This document shows positions 41,768-49,826 of a stretch of DNA of 54,532 bases, in pieces. A program made the position numbers and the translations under genes. Within the stretch, counting starts at the first letter, position 1; every line of letters begins with the position of its first letter. The stretch comes from Candidatus Aenigmatarchaeota archaeon (GTDB lineage Archaea; Aenigmatarchaeota; Aenigmatarchaeia; Aenigmatarchaeales; Aenigmatarchaeaceae): positions 1 to 54,532 of the forward strand of contig JAFGAZ010000001.1 in NCBI GenBank assembly GCA_016933455.1, in the 5' to 3' direction. The notes beneath the pieces were generated by a model. The model worked only from the letters and a program-made list of their open reading frames with translations, did no database searches and was not told the origin of the DNA.

Positions 41768-41813
41768 GTTGCTCAGTTTTTATTTTATAAAAGCTGTTAT
41801 ATAAACCTTTGTT

Positions 41814-42302
41814 TCAAACTTGCACAAGAAGCATTTGTTTTTGATTTAAAGAGTCATAACCGACGTTTCTTATCACCATGCTGTAGGTGCCGTCACCGAA
41901 TTCCGAACTGCCCGTGACATTGTACGATGAAAGGTCCAAAGAAAGGTATATTCTTCCCTGATCCGCGGTGATGTTTATGCTGTCCTCTATCTTTGAGACG
42001 TTCGCTGCAACTATCTGCGAAAAGGTGTCCATGGTAAACATTATTTTCTCGTTCTCGCCATCAACAGTATAGTATCCGCCCTGGACAGAAATGTCCAAGG
42101 TCCTAGTCGAGCCCTCTCCCTCGCTAAGAACAGTGGAAACTGCGTTATTTATCCTAACAAGATTCCTTTTGGCGTTCTCCATGTTCAGTATCTCATTTGA
42201 CCTGTCAAACGCAGGACCGCTCATCTGCAAAGCCATGTAAACAACAGTTATGGATATCACTATCACGATTGTGCTTGCAACTATGACGCTAACACCCTTC
42301 AT
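41814..42302 (-). CDS. Pilin-like protein (class III signal peptide)
   Basis: MKGVSVIVASTIVIVISITVVYMAL. The ATG overlaps the upstream stop (ATGA). Confidence 0.75.
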   Translation of the reverse strand: MKGVSVIVASTIVIVISITVVYMALQMSGPAFDRSNEILNMENAKRNLVRINNAVSTVLSEGEGSTRTLDISVQGGYYTVDGENEKIMFTMDTFSQIVAANVSKIEDSINITADQGRIYLSLDLSSYNVTGSSEFGDGTYSMVIRNVGYDSLNQKQMLLVQV

Positions 42303-42673
42303 TGAAACACCAAAACATCTCTTCTAATTATTAGGCTCTCGCTAAGATAAGAGTTGCTGCTTTGAAGGGTGATGTTTAGCAAGACTGCTGTTTGGTTTGA
42401 AGTTCGGCTTACAGAGTATGCGACAGTCTGGTTGTAGCCCTTTCTTGCATAGAAATCCTCTGTAAATGAAATGAAATCGTCAAGATTGCCCTCAACACTT
42501 TGCCTGTTTAGCAAGGATGTGTCAATAGTGCTTACTATTTCCGATTTGAGGTTGTTGAAATCATCAAGAAACATGTCGCTTTGCATTATTTCAACTGTCT
42601 CTGTTCCTGCTCTTAGAGAGAATAGGAAAATTAGCACGAATATAGAAATTAGTATGAAAACCTGGCCCTTCAT
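42299..42673 (-). CDS. Pilin/pseudopilin-like protein
   Basis: MKGQVFILISIFVLIFLFSL from the ATG at 42673, which overlaps the upstream stop (ATGA). The track ORF extends to 42778 through the upstream gene. Confidence 0.65.
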   Translation of the reverse strand: MKGQVFILISIFVLIFLFSLRAGTETVEIMQSDMFLDDFNNLKSEIVSTIDTSLLNRQSVEGNLDDFISFTEDFYARKGYNQTVAYSVSRTSNQTAVLLNITLQSSNSYLSESLIIRRDVLVFQ

Positions 42674-43038
42674 TTTAACCACACCCACAAATTGATAATT
42701 CTTGGCTCGTATGTCAAATACCCCCTCATGACATAGCTTGACAAAACAATATTGCCGTCCGGCAGATTTTCTGTGCAAGGACTAGACGAGCATACCTTGA
42801 AAGTATAGTTGGAGGTTTTCGGCAGGCATTCATACAAGCTTGTGTTAAGCTCGCTGTTCATGCTGTTGTAAGCATAGTATCTAAGGTCTCCTGAAGCATC
42901 AAGCTGCTTTAGGCAGTTGTAACCATGGTCGCTGAAAACAAACTCACTACTTTGCTCAATTGGAAATATGCTAATAACGCCTATCAAAAGTATCAAGGTC
43001 CCCATGACCGCCTCGACAGTATACATAGTAGCCTTCAT
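42670..43038 (-). CDS. Pilin/pseudopilin-like protein
   Basis: MKATMYTVEAVMGTLILLIGVISIF. The ATG at 43038 overlaps the upstream TAA (TAATG) and is preceded by GGTGTGG. Confidence 0.65.
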   Translation of the reverse strand: MKATMYTVEAVMGTLILLIGVISIFPIEQSSEFVFSDHGYNCLKQLDASGDLRYYAYNSMNSELNTSLYECLPKTSNYTFKVCSSSPCTENLPDGNIVLSSYVMRGYLTYEPRIINLWVWLK

Positions 43039-43733
43039 TACCACACCTTCAGTATAACATAACTGCTTTCTATCGAACCGTTTGTGTTCTCAATAACAAC
43101 TGGCACGCTCTTAACCAGGATGTTTCCTGCCTCAGGCGGCTCTTCCCCGTAAACACAGTAGTTGTCTATTCTAAACCTGTGCGCAATTCCCAAATTGTTT
43201 CTTACATCATTGTAAGAAAGGCTCTGAAGATTGGAGCATTTTTCCTTGGAAAGAACATTGACATGGCTTTGTGAAAGCACAACAGCCGTTATGTTATTTG
43301 CTGTTATGTTGTTATCATATGAAATGTTGGCTGCTGCTCCAGAATATACCATTGTCACATAGCTTTCCATGTTGGGAGTAAAGCCCAGTTCAAAACCAAC
43401 ACCGTCTTCAATAACTTTTGCTTCTATCTCATCCATTGTTGAATCGTAAACATGCAAAGAGTCGACTGCTTCTATTGTGATGTTGATACTTTCTGTGTGG
43501 GAATAACCCCCGATTTCTTTAAAGACAATTTTTGTTGCGTTAAGCATTGTCATAAGACTGTTGATGTTTTTTGAACCGAATAAACTTTCTGACAAAGAGT
43601 TTGCCGAAGCTTCCAGTTCCTTGTTTTTAAAATATTCAAAGTCCTGCGTAAGCGAGTTGGATACAAAAAATATTGCATAAGATACCATCATGAAAACAAC
43701 CACGAACGCAACTGCAAAATCTATCTGTGCCAT
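43038..43733 (-). CDS. Pilin/pseudopilin-like protein (largest, 231 aa)
   Basis: MAQIDFAVAFVVVFMMVSYAIFFV hydrophobic N-terminus. The ATG at 43733 overlaps the upstream TGA (TGATG). Confidence 0.65.
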   Translation of the reverse strand: MAQIDFAVAFVVVFMMVSYAIFFVSNSLTQDFEYFKNKELEASANSLSESLFGSKNINSLMTMLNATKIVFKEIGGYSHTESINITIEAVDSLHVYDSTMDEIEAKVIEDGVGFELGFTPNMESYVTMVYSGAAANISYDNNITANNITAVVLSQSHVNVLSKEKCSNLQSLSYNDVRNNLGIAHRFRIDNYCVYGEEPPEAGNILVKSVPVVIENTNGSIESSYVILKVW

Positions 43734-44158
43734 CAAACCAAATCCATTGTTATTGTATCCCCGATTTTAGTGACAAAAAGAGACGCAGGCATCATCTTTT
43801 CCCCGCTCATTGAAACATTTATGTCAACAGGCCTTTCAAATTCCAGCATCTGGTTTTCAAAGGGTAGCATTATTTTTATCGTGCTATTTGAAAGGAGCAT
43901 TGTGTATCTTTGGTCCCCGATTTTTTCCGGCAGTCTAAGCAAAAACATGCCGCTAAAGTTGCCATTGCCCTGCATGGTCGAGTATATCTTTAGCATGTCT
44001 GATCGCATTGTTTCTGTGACAAACTCCATTTGAGAATCAAGAAGGTCTCTTTCCGTGTCAGAAAGCGTTGAAGAAACCGAGGCTATTATCATGGCCATTG
44101 CGCCAAGGCCTATTATCAGCATTATGCTGTGGGAAAGAATCGGATGCACGCCTCTCAT
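43733..44158 (-). CDS. Pilin/pseudopilin-like protein
   Basis: MRGVHPILSHSIMLIIGLGAMAMIIASV (R-G then a hydrophobic helix). Confidence 0.7.
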   Translation of the reverse strand: MRGVHPILSHSIMLIIGLGAMAMIIASVSSTLSDTERDLLDSQMEFVTETMRSDMLKIYSTMQGNGNFSGMFLLRLPEKIGDQRYTMLLSNSTIKIMLPFENQMLEFERPVDINVSMSGEKMMPASLFVTKIGDTITMDLV

Positions 44159-44190
44159 AATAAGAGATTGCCGCAGCCCTAATAAAAGTT

Positions 44191-44988
44191 TTACATGAAA
44201 AGGAAGAACACGCCGTATCCTATGATAGTTAATACCATGGAATGCTTAAGGCCTGCAACTATGCTGCCGTGGGCCATCTTGCCAACTACAAGACCCGAGA
44301 AGAAGCCCTCTATGACAATTAGCCACTGGAAGGTGTTGTCGTAGAACTGGTCAATGTTTTTCACGCTGCTAACCGACGTGCCGAAAGAGAAAAGGCTTGG
44401 AACAAGATAGGTCTTTAGTATGACCAAAACTCCAACGAACATGAAGAAGACAGCATAGCCTGTTAGCATCTGGTTGTACACAGAGGAGAACCTCTCCTGC
44501 TTTATCTTGTTTATCTGCTTTATGGTGTCTCCCGCAGCTGTCAGAACATGCGATATGTCCCCTCCTCCCTTGTAGGTCTCAAGTATTGTTGACACGGTCT
44601 TCTTGATTAGGGGGGTGGAGTTTCTTGCAAAGTCCAAAAGTATCCTTTCGAACGGAACAGCCCAGTCTATCTTGATTATTATCTTTTTTACATAGGGGGT
44701 TAGAACCCCGTACTCGTTGTCCTTGGTGGCCTTGATTGCCTGCGTCACTGTCATTCCTGTTTTTATGTTTTGCGTTATGTCCCTTAGGAAATCCGGGAAC
44801 CTTTCCTCTATTTCCTTGTTCTCCTTATAGTCGTTGTACTTTAGAACAAGGGGAGTTGTAACAACCATGACAACGGCAACCCCGCCAACTATGCCGGACT
44901 TTACCGTAAGAAAGTTGCCCAAAAATATGGCCATTCCAAGGAATGCCAGAATTATTATTGCAAGCGATTCGTCTCTTATTTTTTTCAT
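44191..44988 (-). CDS. Type II secretion system F-domain membrane protein (TadC / C-terminal half of FlaJ-PilC-like platform)
   Basis: Single T2SSF domain (FPDFLRDITQNIKTGMTVTQAI...TYKGGGDISHVL) flanked by TM segments. Preceded by GTGATTTT. Confidence 0.8.
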   Translation of the reverse strand: MKKIRDESLAIIILAFLGMAIFLGNFLTVKSGIVGGVAVVMVVTTPLVLKYNDYKENKEIEERFPDFLRDITQNIKTGMTVTQAIKATKDNEYGVLTPYVKKIIIKIDWAVPFERILLDFARNSTPLIKKTVSTILETYKGGGDISHVLTAAGDTIKQINKIKQERFSSVYNQMLTGYAVFFMFVGVLVILKTYLVPSLFSFGTSVSSVKNIDQFYDNTFQWLIVIEGFFSGLVVGKMAHGSIVAGLKHSMVLTIIGYGVFFLFM

Positions 44989-44992
44989 AAAA

Positions 44993-45949
44993 TCACATTT
45001 TCGGCTGCGTTAGCTGTATGAACGCAAGGAATATCATGTTTAGCACAATCAATGAGCCAAGGCCCAGTGTCATTGTGGTCTCAAGGCTAAGCCCCATCAC
45101 ACTGCCCCCTATGACGCTAAGGGTTGAGATGACAACAATGAATATCATGGGGGCTGCCACCAAAAGCGCTGTGTACAAATCAGCGTATGTTGAAAGCACC
45201 TCGTTGTACTTTTCCCTTTTCAGGGTATAGTCAAACATCGTCTTGCCTGCCTCGTCTTTTAGGTACGACCTTATGTCCCCCCCTGTCTGGATGGTCGATA
45301 GCATGCCCTGGAAGATGCTTCTTAGAACAGGGGACGGCGACTTTGTTGCCCTATCCCTTATGGCGCTAAGCTCGTCTAACCCGAACTCCTTGACGTTTCT
45401 TGTTATCTTCTCAGCTTCCTTTGATATCTCGCCGTACTCCTTGAACTGGGCAAGTATCCTAAATATTGTCAAGGGAGGAGCGCCCGACTCTGCAATGGCA
45501 GACATGTGCGTCATGGCAAAGGGCAAATTAGCCTCAATGTCTCTTTTCTTGCTTTCTGCAACTGACATCGGGTATGCGAAAATCAAAAGGAATGTTAGAG
45601 ATGATATGAAAAGCGGCATGACAAAAATTCCCATCAAAAAAAGCATTATGCCAAGGCGCGCCACTATTGCAAATATGAAGGTGGCTGCAAACGTTATGGC
45701 AAATGCTAGAATGGTTGAGAAGAATAATAGCGACAAAAACGTCCTGTACAAAATCTTGACATCAGACATTATCAAGTACTCCTTTAGCATGTAGAATTCC
45801 TTGGAATACAAGTCAGCGTACTTGCCGCAGCATTTTATGGCAAGCATCTTAACAGAATGTTTATAGTCTTCTTTTTCCCTTGGCTTTTTTGTTGGCCGTA
45901 TCCTCTTTGCTTTTGCAGGCTTTTTTCTTTTAGCTGATTTCTTGGGCAT
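44993..45949 (-). CDS. Type II secretion system F-domain membrane protein (TadB / N-terminal half of FlaJ-PilC-like platform) with basic N-terminal tail
   Basis: MPKKSAKRKKPAKAKRIRP..., TM segments, then a T2SSF domain (LPFAMTHMSAIAESGAPPLTIFR...IQTGGDIRSYL). Confidence 0.8.
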   Translation of the reverse strand: MPKKSAKRKKPAKAKRIRPTKKPREKEDYKHSVKMLAIKCCGKYADLYSKEFYMLKEYLIMSDVKILYRTFLSLLFFSTILAFAITFAATFIFAIVARLGIMLFLMGIFVMPLFISSLTFLLIFAYPMSVAESKKRDIEANLPFAMTHMSAIAESGAPPLTIFRILAQFKEYGEISKEAEKITRNVKEFGLDELSAIRDRATKSPSPVLRSIFQGMLSTIQTGGDIRSYLKDEAGKTMFDYTLKREKYNEVLSTYADLYTALLVAAPMIFIVVISTLSVIGGSVMGLSLETTMTLGLGSLIVLNMIFLAFIQLTQPKM

Positions 45950-45978
45950 ATAGTAAATTTAGAAAAGGTCCATATATA

Positions 45979-46674
45979 TTACTTGACAATTGCTTCCTCT
46001 TCGGGATAGATGACAACGCCCTTTTCGGTTATCTTGTAGGGATGCATCTTCGACGAGTGCGAAGAGCCTCTCATCTTCCAGACCGTGACAGACCTTGCGA
46101 ACTGCGAATCGACTCTGGAATAGTATAGAACAATGACGTTATCTGTTACGAACTCCTCAACCCCGAACCTTGAAAGCGCTGACTGCTGCGGAGGTATCTC
46201 GGATATTAGAATTGAAGAGCAGTTTAGCCTTCTTAGCAAGAACGATATGTTGAAAATCATTCTTCGAATTTCCGAAGTTTCCTTGACGTAAAGGCCCAGG
46301 GCTGATATCGAGTCTATGACAACCCTTTTGGCGTCTATCTTCTTGATGTTGGTTTCGATTAGCTCGTATATGTCCTCTATGTGGAACGGGTCGTACTTTA
46401 CAAAAATGATTTTTCCCTGCTCCTCAAGCTCGGTAAAGTCCATGCCGTGGTTTACGCAGCTGCTTTTTATGCTGTCTATGGGCTCCTCGAATGTAACGTA
46501 CACTCCAGGCTCGTTGTATTTCTTTGCGCCCTCGTAGAGGAACTGCGTTGAAACAGTGGTCTTACCAGTACCAGCCGTGCCTGTGAGAAGAACAAGGTTC
46601 TTTGGGATAAACCCGCCCCCGGTTATCTCGTCTAGGCCTGGGACGCCTGTTTTTGTACGTTCGCAAGTCGGCAT
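45979..46674 (-). CDS. KaiC/RecA-superfamily ATPase (FlaH/ArlH-like)
   Basis: GVPGLDEITGGGFIPKNLVLLTGTAGTGKTTVSTQFLYEG (Walker A) and RVVIDSISAL (Walker B). A single KaiC-like domain of 231 aa. Confidence 0.82.
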   Translation of the reverse strand: MPTCERTKTGVPGLDEITGGGFIPKNLVLLTGTAGTGKTTVSTQFLYEGAKKYNEPGVYVTFEEPIDSIKSSCVNHGMDFTELEEQGKIIFVKYDPFHIEDIYELIETNIKKIDAKRVVIDSISALGLYVKETSEIRRMIFNISFLLRRLNCSSILISEIPPQQSALSRFGVEEFVTDNVIVLYYSRVDSQFARSVTVWKMRGSSHSSKMHPYKITEKGVVIYPEEEAIVK

Positions 46675-46708
46675 AATAGAATAACACCATCCATTTTAAA
46701 TAAAACTG

Positions 46709-46783
46709 CGCTCCGGACGCGATTTGAACGCGCGACCCCTTGCTTAGGAGGCAAGTGCTCTATCCAAGCTGAGCTACCGGAGC
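46709..46783 (-). tRNA. tRNA-Arg (anticodon CCU)
   Basis: GCTCCGG-TA-GCTC-AGCTTGGATA-GAGC-A-CTTGC-CTCCTAA-GCAAG-GGGTC-GCGCG-TTCAAAT-CGCGT-CCGGAGC-G. 75 nt, no intron, no encoded CCA. Confidence 0.9.
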
Positions 46784-46808
46784 TTATTGAATAGATAGAC
46801 AGAATACG

Positions 46809-46816
46809 TTTTAAAT
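46809..46816. promoter_or_regulatory. Shared/bidirectional TATA-like box between tRNA-Arg (-) and ORF 46839 (+)
   Basis: TTTTAAAT lies 26-33 nt upstream of tRNA-Arg position 1 and 23-30 nt upstream of the ATG at 46839. Confidence 0.4.
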
Positions 46817-46838
46817 GTTTAATTGTTGAAATATCTTT

Positions 46839-47054
46839 ATGCTTCTTAGACAAAATAAAAAAGATCTAGCAAAACCAAGTGATTTGCCAAAAAGGTTCAA
46901 CCTAAACAACAAAGATCACGAAGCTCTAAAAAATCTACATGAAGACGTTCTATTTAATACGAATTATAATGGTAATATAAAATTGGGTAATTCTGAACTT
47001 TTGTTAACATCCAAAAATTCTACGTATTATCTTTCCAAAGAAGAAAACGATTAA
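46839..47054 (+). CDS. Hypothetical 71-aa protein
   Basis: ORF with leaderless-type spacing to the TATA-like box. No motif recognised. It converges on the ATPase gene. Confidence 0.35.
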   Translation: MLLRQNKKDLAKPSDLPKRFNLNNKDHEALKNLHEDVLFNTNYNGNIKLGNSELLLTSKNSTYYLSKEEND

Positions 47055-48851
47055 TCAGATAAAGACTTTGATGTCCTTTTTTGTTGTGACAGTTCTTAGA
47101 AGCGACTTGCCAAGGTCAGAACTTTTTGAAACCTTTATCTGGCCGGTCCTTCCGATTGTTGCAGAAAACAAATATTCCTTGTTTATGTAAACGCTCGCGT
47201 TCCTTCCAGAAAGCTTCTTGCTAAAGCTAAGAACAATATAGCCACCCGTCTCGTTGATTTCAAAGCCGATTTCCTTTCCCATTGACTCGACCTGGGGCTG
47301 CACCTCTATTGACATGCCCAGCTTTTCCTCGATCTTCTTGATATTGCTACCCTCCTTGCCGATTATCCTTGCTATCTTGTCGTTTGCAGCCTTGACCAAA
47401 ATCTTGTTGTCCGAAAGAAAGTCAATTTCAGCTGTTCTGTCAAACTTTCTTATCTCTTTTTTTATCTTCGAAATGGCAAGCTTTTGCAAGCCCGATATTT
47501 CCTTTTTCTTTACAGGAACAATGACTGTCTGCTCGCCGTAGGTATAAATCTCATACTCTAGTTTTCCGTTTTCAAAGTCAGTGACCTCAACCAAAGGTCT
47601 TGCAAGGTCTGCTTCTGCCATGCCTGTTGGGACCCTGACCGTCAAGTTCAAGGAAAACACTTTGAGAATTTGTCCGTCCTTTATGAAAAGAATGGTGTCA
47701 ATTACATGAGGTATCATGCCAAGCTCGATTTTTCCAATGAACCTTTGTATTGCGTCAATCGGGTCTGTTGCATGCACGACCCCTATCATGCCAATGCCGG
47801 CCAGCCTCATGTCTGAAAATATCAAAAACTCGTTTCTCTTCCTTATGTCGTCGAAAATGGTATAATCGGGCCTTACCAAAAGCAGGATGTCGGCGGTTTT
47901 TTCGAACTTGCCCTTCAGGGGCGCGTACTGGGTTATCTCCTTTGGCACCTGCAGATCCCTTGGCTGCTCCATTGTTTTCACAATCTTGCCCTTTTTCATG
48001 TAAAATTCGGCCAAAGAAGCTGCCAGAGTGGACTTGCCAGAGCCTGGAGGGCCTGCCAATAAAACGCCCTCTGCCTTTTCATCCAGCCTTTTCTTTAATT
48101 TTTCAGAAAGCTTGTAATCATCCAAAACAAGCTTGACAGTGGGCCTAACCAGAGTTATCTCCAAGCCATCTGAGAAAGGCGGCCTTGCTATGGCAACCCT
48201 CTTGTCTTTTAATTGCACAACAGTTGCCCCGTGCTCCCCGTATTCCACAAAGGAGTCGTCCTCATACCTTGCAGCATCTAATATCTCTGTTGCAATGACG
48301 TTTAGCTCTTCCTCTGTCATGGGATTTTTCCTCAAAGTGACAAAGTCCACGCCCCCGGGCCTTCCCCTTTTGGCAAAGGGCAGTGCCCCGTCCTTTAGGT
48401 GCAAGGACATGGTGTCATCTGTTAGAAAATCTTCAATCTTTATTCGTTCAGCCTTCTCATAGGCCTCGAAATACTTTACCTTAAGGCCCTTGACCTCGGC
48501 AATTATGGCCTGCAGCCTGTCGGATGTGATGAAAATTGCCTTGTTTTGTTTGGCAACGTCTATTATCATGGCGTCTATTCTGCCGGATTTTGCCAATAAT
48601 ATATCTTCATAGCTCTGCCTTTCGCCCAGAAAATTTATCGTGAGCTTGTGCTTTTTTTCCAGCTTTTGTATTTTCTTTATCTCCTCAAGCCCGATGTAAC
48701 CAATCTCCCTTCCCTTTGATGCCTGGGCCTGCAGTTCGGACAAGACCAACTCCGGGATTATTAGCTCGGATTCGTCTAGCTTCTTGTCCTCTATCATCTG
48801 CGTTAGCTTGCCGTTGATAACAGAGGATGTATCAACACAGAACTTTTTCAT
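47055..48851 (-). CDS. PIN domain - PilT/VirB11-like ATPase - KH domain fusion protein (COG1855-type 'PilT family ATPase')
   Basis: N-terminal PIN-like region (KKFCVDTSSVINGKL...). Then LLAGPPGSGKSTLA Walker A with VRPDYTIFDDIRK and GVVHAT (T2SE-like core). C-terminal KH GxxG (KIARIIGKEGSNIKKIEEKLG). The ATG at 48851 fits TATA spacing better than the one at 48860. Confidence 0.82.
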   Translation of the reverse strand: MKKFCVDTSSVINGKLTQMIEDKKLDESELIIPELVLSELQAQASKGREIGYIGLEEIKKIQKLEKKHKLTINFLGERQSYEDILLAKSGRIDAMIIDVAKQNKAIFITSDRLQAIIAEVKGLKVKYFEAYEKAERIKIEDFLTDDTMSLHLKDGALPFAKRGRPGGVDFVTLRKNPMTEEELNVIATEILDAARYEDDSFVEYGEHGATVVQLKDKRVAIARPPFSDGLEITLVRPTVKLVLDDYKLSEKLKKRLDEKAEGVLLAGPPGSGKSTLAASLAEFYMKKGKIVKTMEQPRDLQVPKEITQYAPLKGKFEKTADILLLVRPDYTIFDDIRKRNEFLIFSDMRLAGIGMIGVVHATDPIDAIQRFIGKIELGMIPHVIDTILFIKDGQILKVFSLNLTVRVPTGMAEADLARPLVEVTDFENGKLEYEIYTYGEQTVIVPVKKKEISGLQKLAISKIKKEIRKFDRTAEIDFLSDNKILVKAANDKIARIIGKEGSNIKKIEEKLGMSIEVQPQVESMGKEIGFEINETGGYIVLSFSKKLSGRNASVYINKEYLFSATIGRTGQIKVSKSSDLGKSLLRTVTTKKDIKVFI

Positions 48852-48872
48852 AATGAGCATTTGTTTATAGAA

Positions 48873-48883
48873 TTATTTAAAAA
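48873..48883 (-). promoter_or_regulatory. TATA-box-like element for the PIN-ATPase-KH gene
   Basis: TTTTTAAATAA (minus strand) lies 22-32 nt upstream of the ATG at 48851. Confidence 0.35.
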
Positions 48884-48975
48884 GATTTTCTAACTCTCGT
48901 TTTTGCGTATATTTTTCTTAACCTATATGTCAGAGTAAGAATATGCTTAAGAGTTTTGGGAAGGAATGAAATGTT

Positions 48976-49104
48976 ATGGAAGCAAAAATTGCATATCCAA
49001 GGATGATTTGCCCTGAATGCGGGTGCGACAAGTTGCAAAGAGCCATGGGAGAGACCAGCTGCCGCAAGTGCGGCCTTATTATCGACGAATTAGTCATGAT
49101 GTAG
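48976..49104 (+). CDS. 42-aa stand-alone TFIIB/TFB-type zinc-ribbon protein (not in ORF track)
   Basis: Hand translation gives MEAKIAYPRMICPECGCDKLQRAMGETSCRKCGLIIDELVMM. CPECG-x12-C..CGL(I/V)I(D/E)E matches the N-terminal ribbon of archaeal TFB. There is no B-reader or cyclin-fold region downstream. Confidence 0.5.
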   Translation: MEAKIAYPRMICPECGCDKLQRAMGETSCRKCGLIIDELVMM

Positions 49105-49186
49105 TTACAAAAATCAGTTACTTTCTTATTTCTAGTGCCAGACACCGGGTGTTAACTTAATATTTAAGGGTAGTGATAAATCTATT

Positions 49187-49780
49187 ATGCCGGTAAACAT
49201 TCTTCAAGTGATTCTGATAACCGGGGTTTCGGTCGCAATCGTGGCCTTGGCCTTTCCCTGGGCTTTGGCTACCATAAACCAGTCAATGGACATGGTCGAG
49301 GTTAGCTTCATCAAGTCGCAGTTCGACACGTGCTCTGATAGGATTTTGGAGACTGCTAGAACCGGTACTAATAACAAGTGCTTCTTTAACATCAATAGAG
49401 GGGAATTGGTTGGAAGATCAGACGGCCTTTCCTACGCAATATCCAGCTCTTCAGACCTTTGCGACGAGCACAGCTTTGTTCAGATAGACGAGAAACGCCA
49501 CATCTGGCAAAGATGCTCTGTTGACAGCGGTGTTACCATCTACGAGATGAAATGGATGTTTCCAGTTGAGCTTGAAATCCAGGGTTCTGAGGTGACTGGG
49601 ATTATAATGGAAGGCGAGACCCAGACAGGCGATATCTATTTTGCTTCTTCATTAAATTTCAGGACTTTGACAGTATTTGTCAATTTCGACTACAATGAGG
49701 GCGAAAGCGGCAGGATAGTTGACATCACAAGAACGACCATAACAGAAGATGACGTTACTTTAAAAGTGGTGTTCCAGTAG
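49187..49780 (+). CDS. N-terminally anchored extracellular protein, unknown function
   Basis: MPVNILQVILITGVSVAIVALAFPWAL hydrophobic N-terminus followed by a predicted beta-rich domain with 4 Cys. Preceded by GTGATAAATCTATT. Confidence 0.6.
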   Translation: MPVNILQVILITGVSVAIVALAFPWALATINQSMDMVEVSFIKSQFDTCSDRILETARTGTNNKCFFNINRGELVGRSDGLSYAISSSSDLCDEHSFVQIDEKRHIWQRCSVDSGVTIYEMKWMFPVELEIQGSEVTGIIMEGETQTGDIYFASSLNFRTLTVFVNFDYNEGESGRIVDITRTTITEDDVTLKVVFQ

Positions 49781-49826
49781 TACAGAATTAAGACAGATTT
49801 TTAAAGCTTTCTGTTGAATTATTGAT

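Noticed and set aside
45243-45794. 183-aa plus-strand ORF
   Set aside because: It lies antisense to the T2SSF-domain gene, which has clear family motifs.
46632-46853. 73-aa minus-strand ORF in the track
   Set aside because: It runs straight through the well-formed tRNA-Arg(CCU) gene (46709..46783) and its promoter, so it is an artefact of the ORF finder.
48930-49145. 71-aa minus-strand GTG-start ORF
   Set aside because: It has no motif or SD and lies antisense to the TFIIB-like zinc-ribbon ORF, which has a recognisable signature. It is kept only as the alternative hypothesis.
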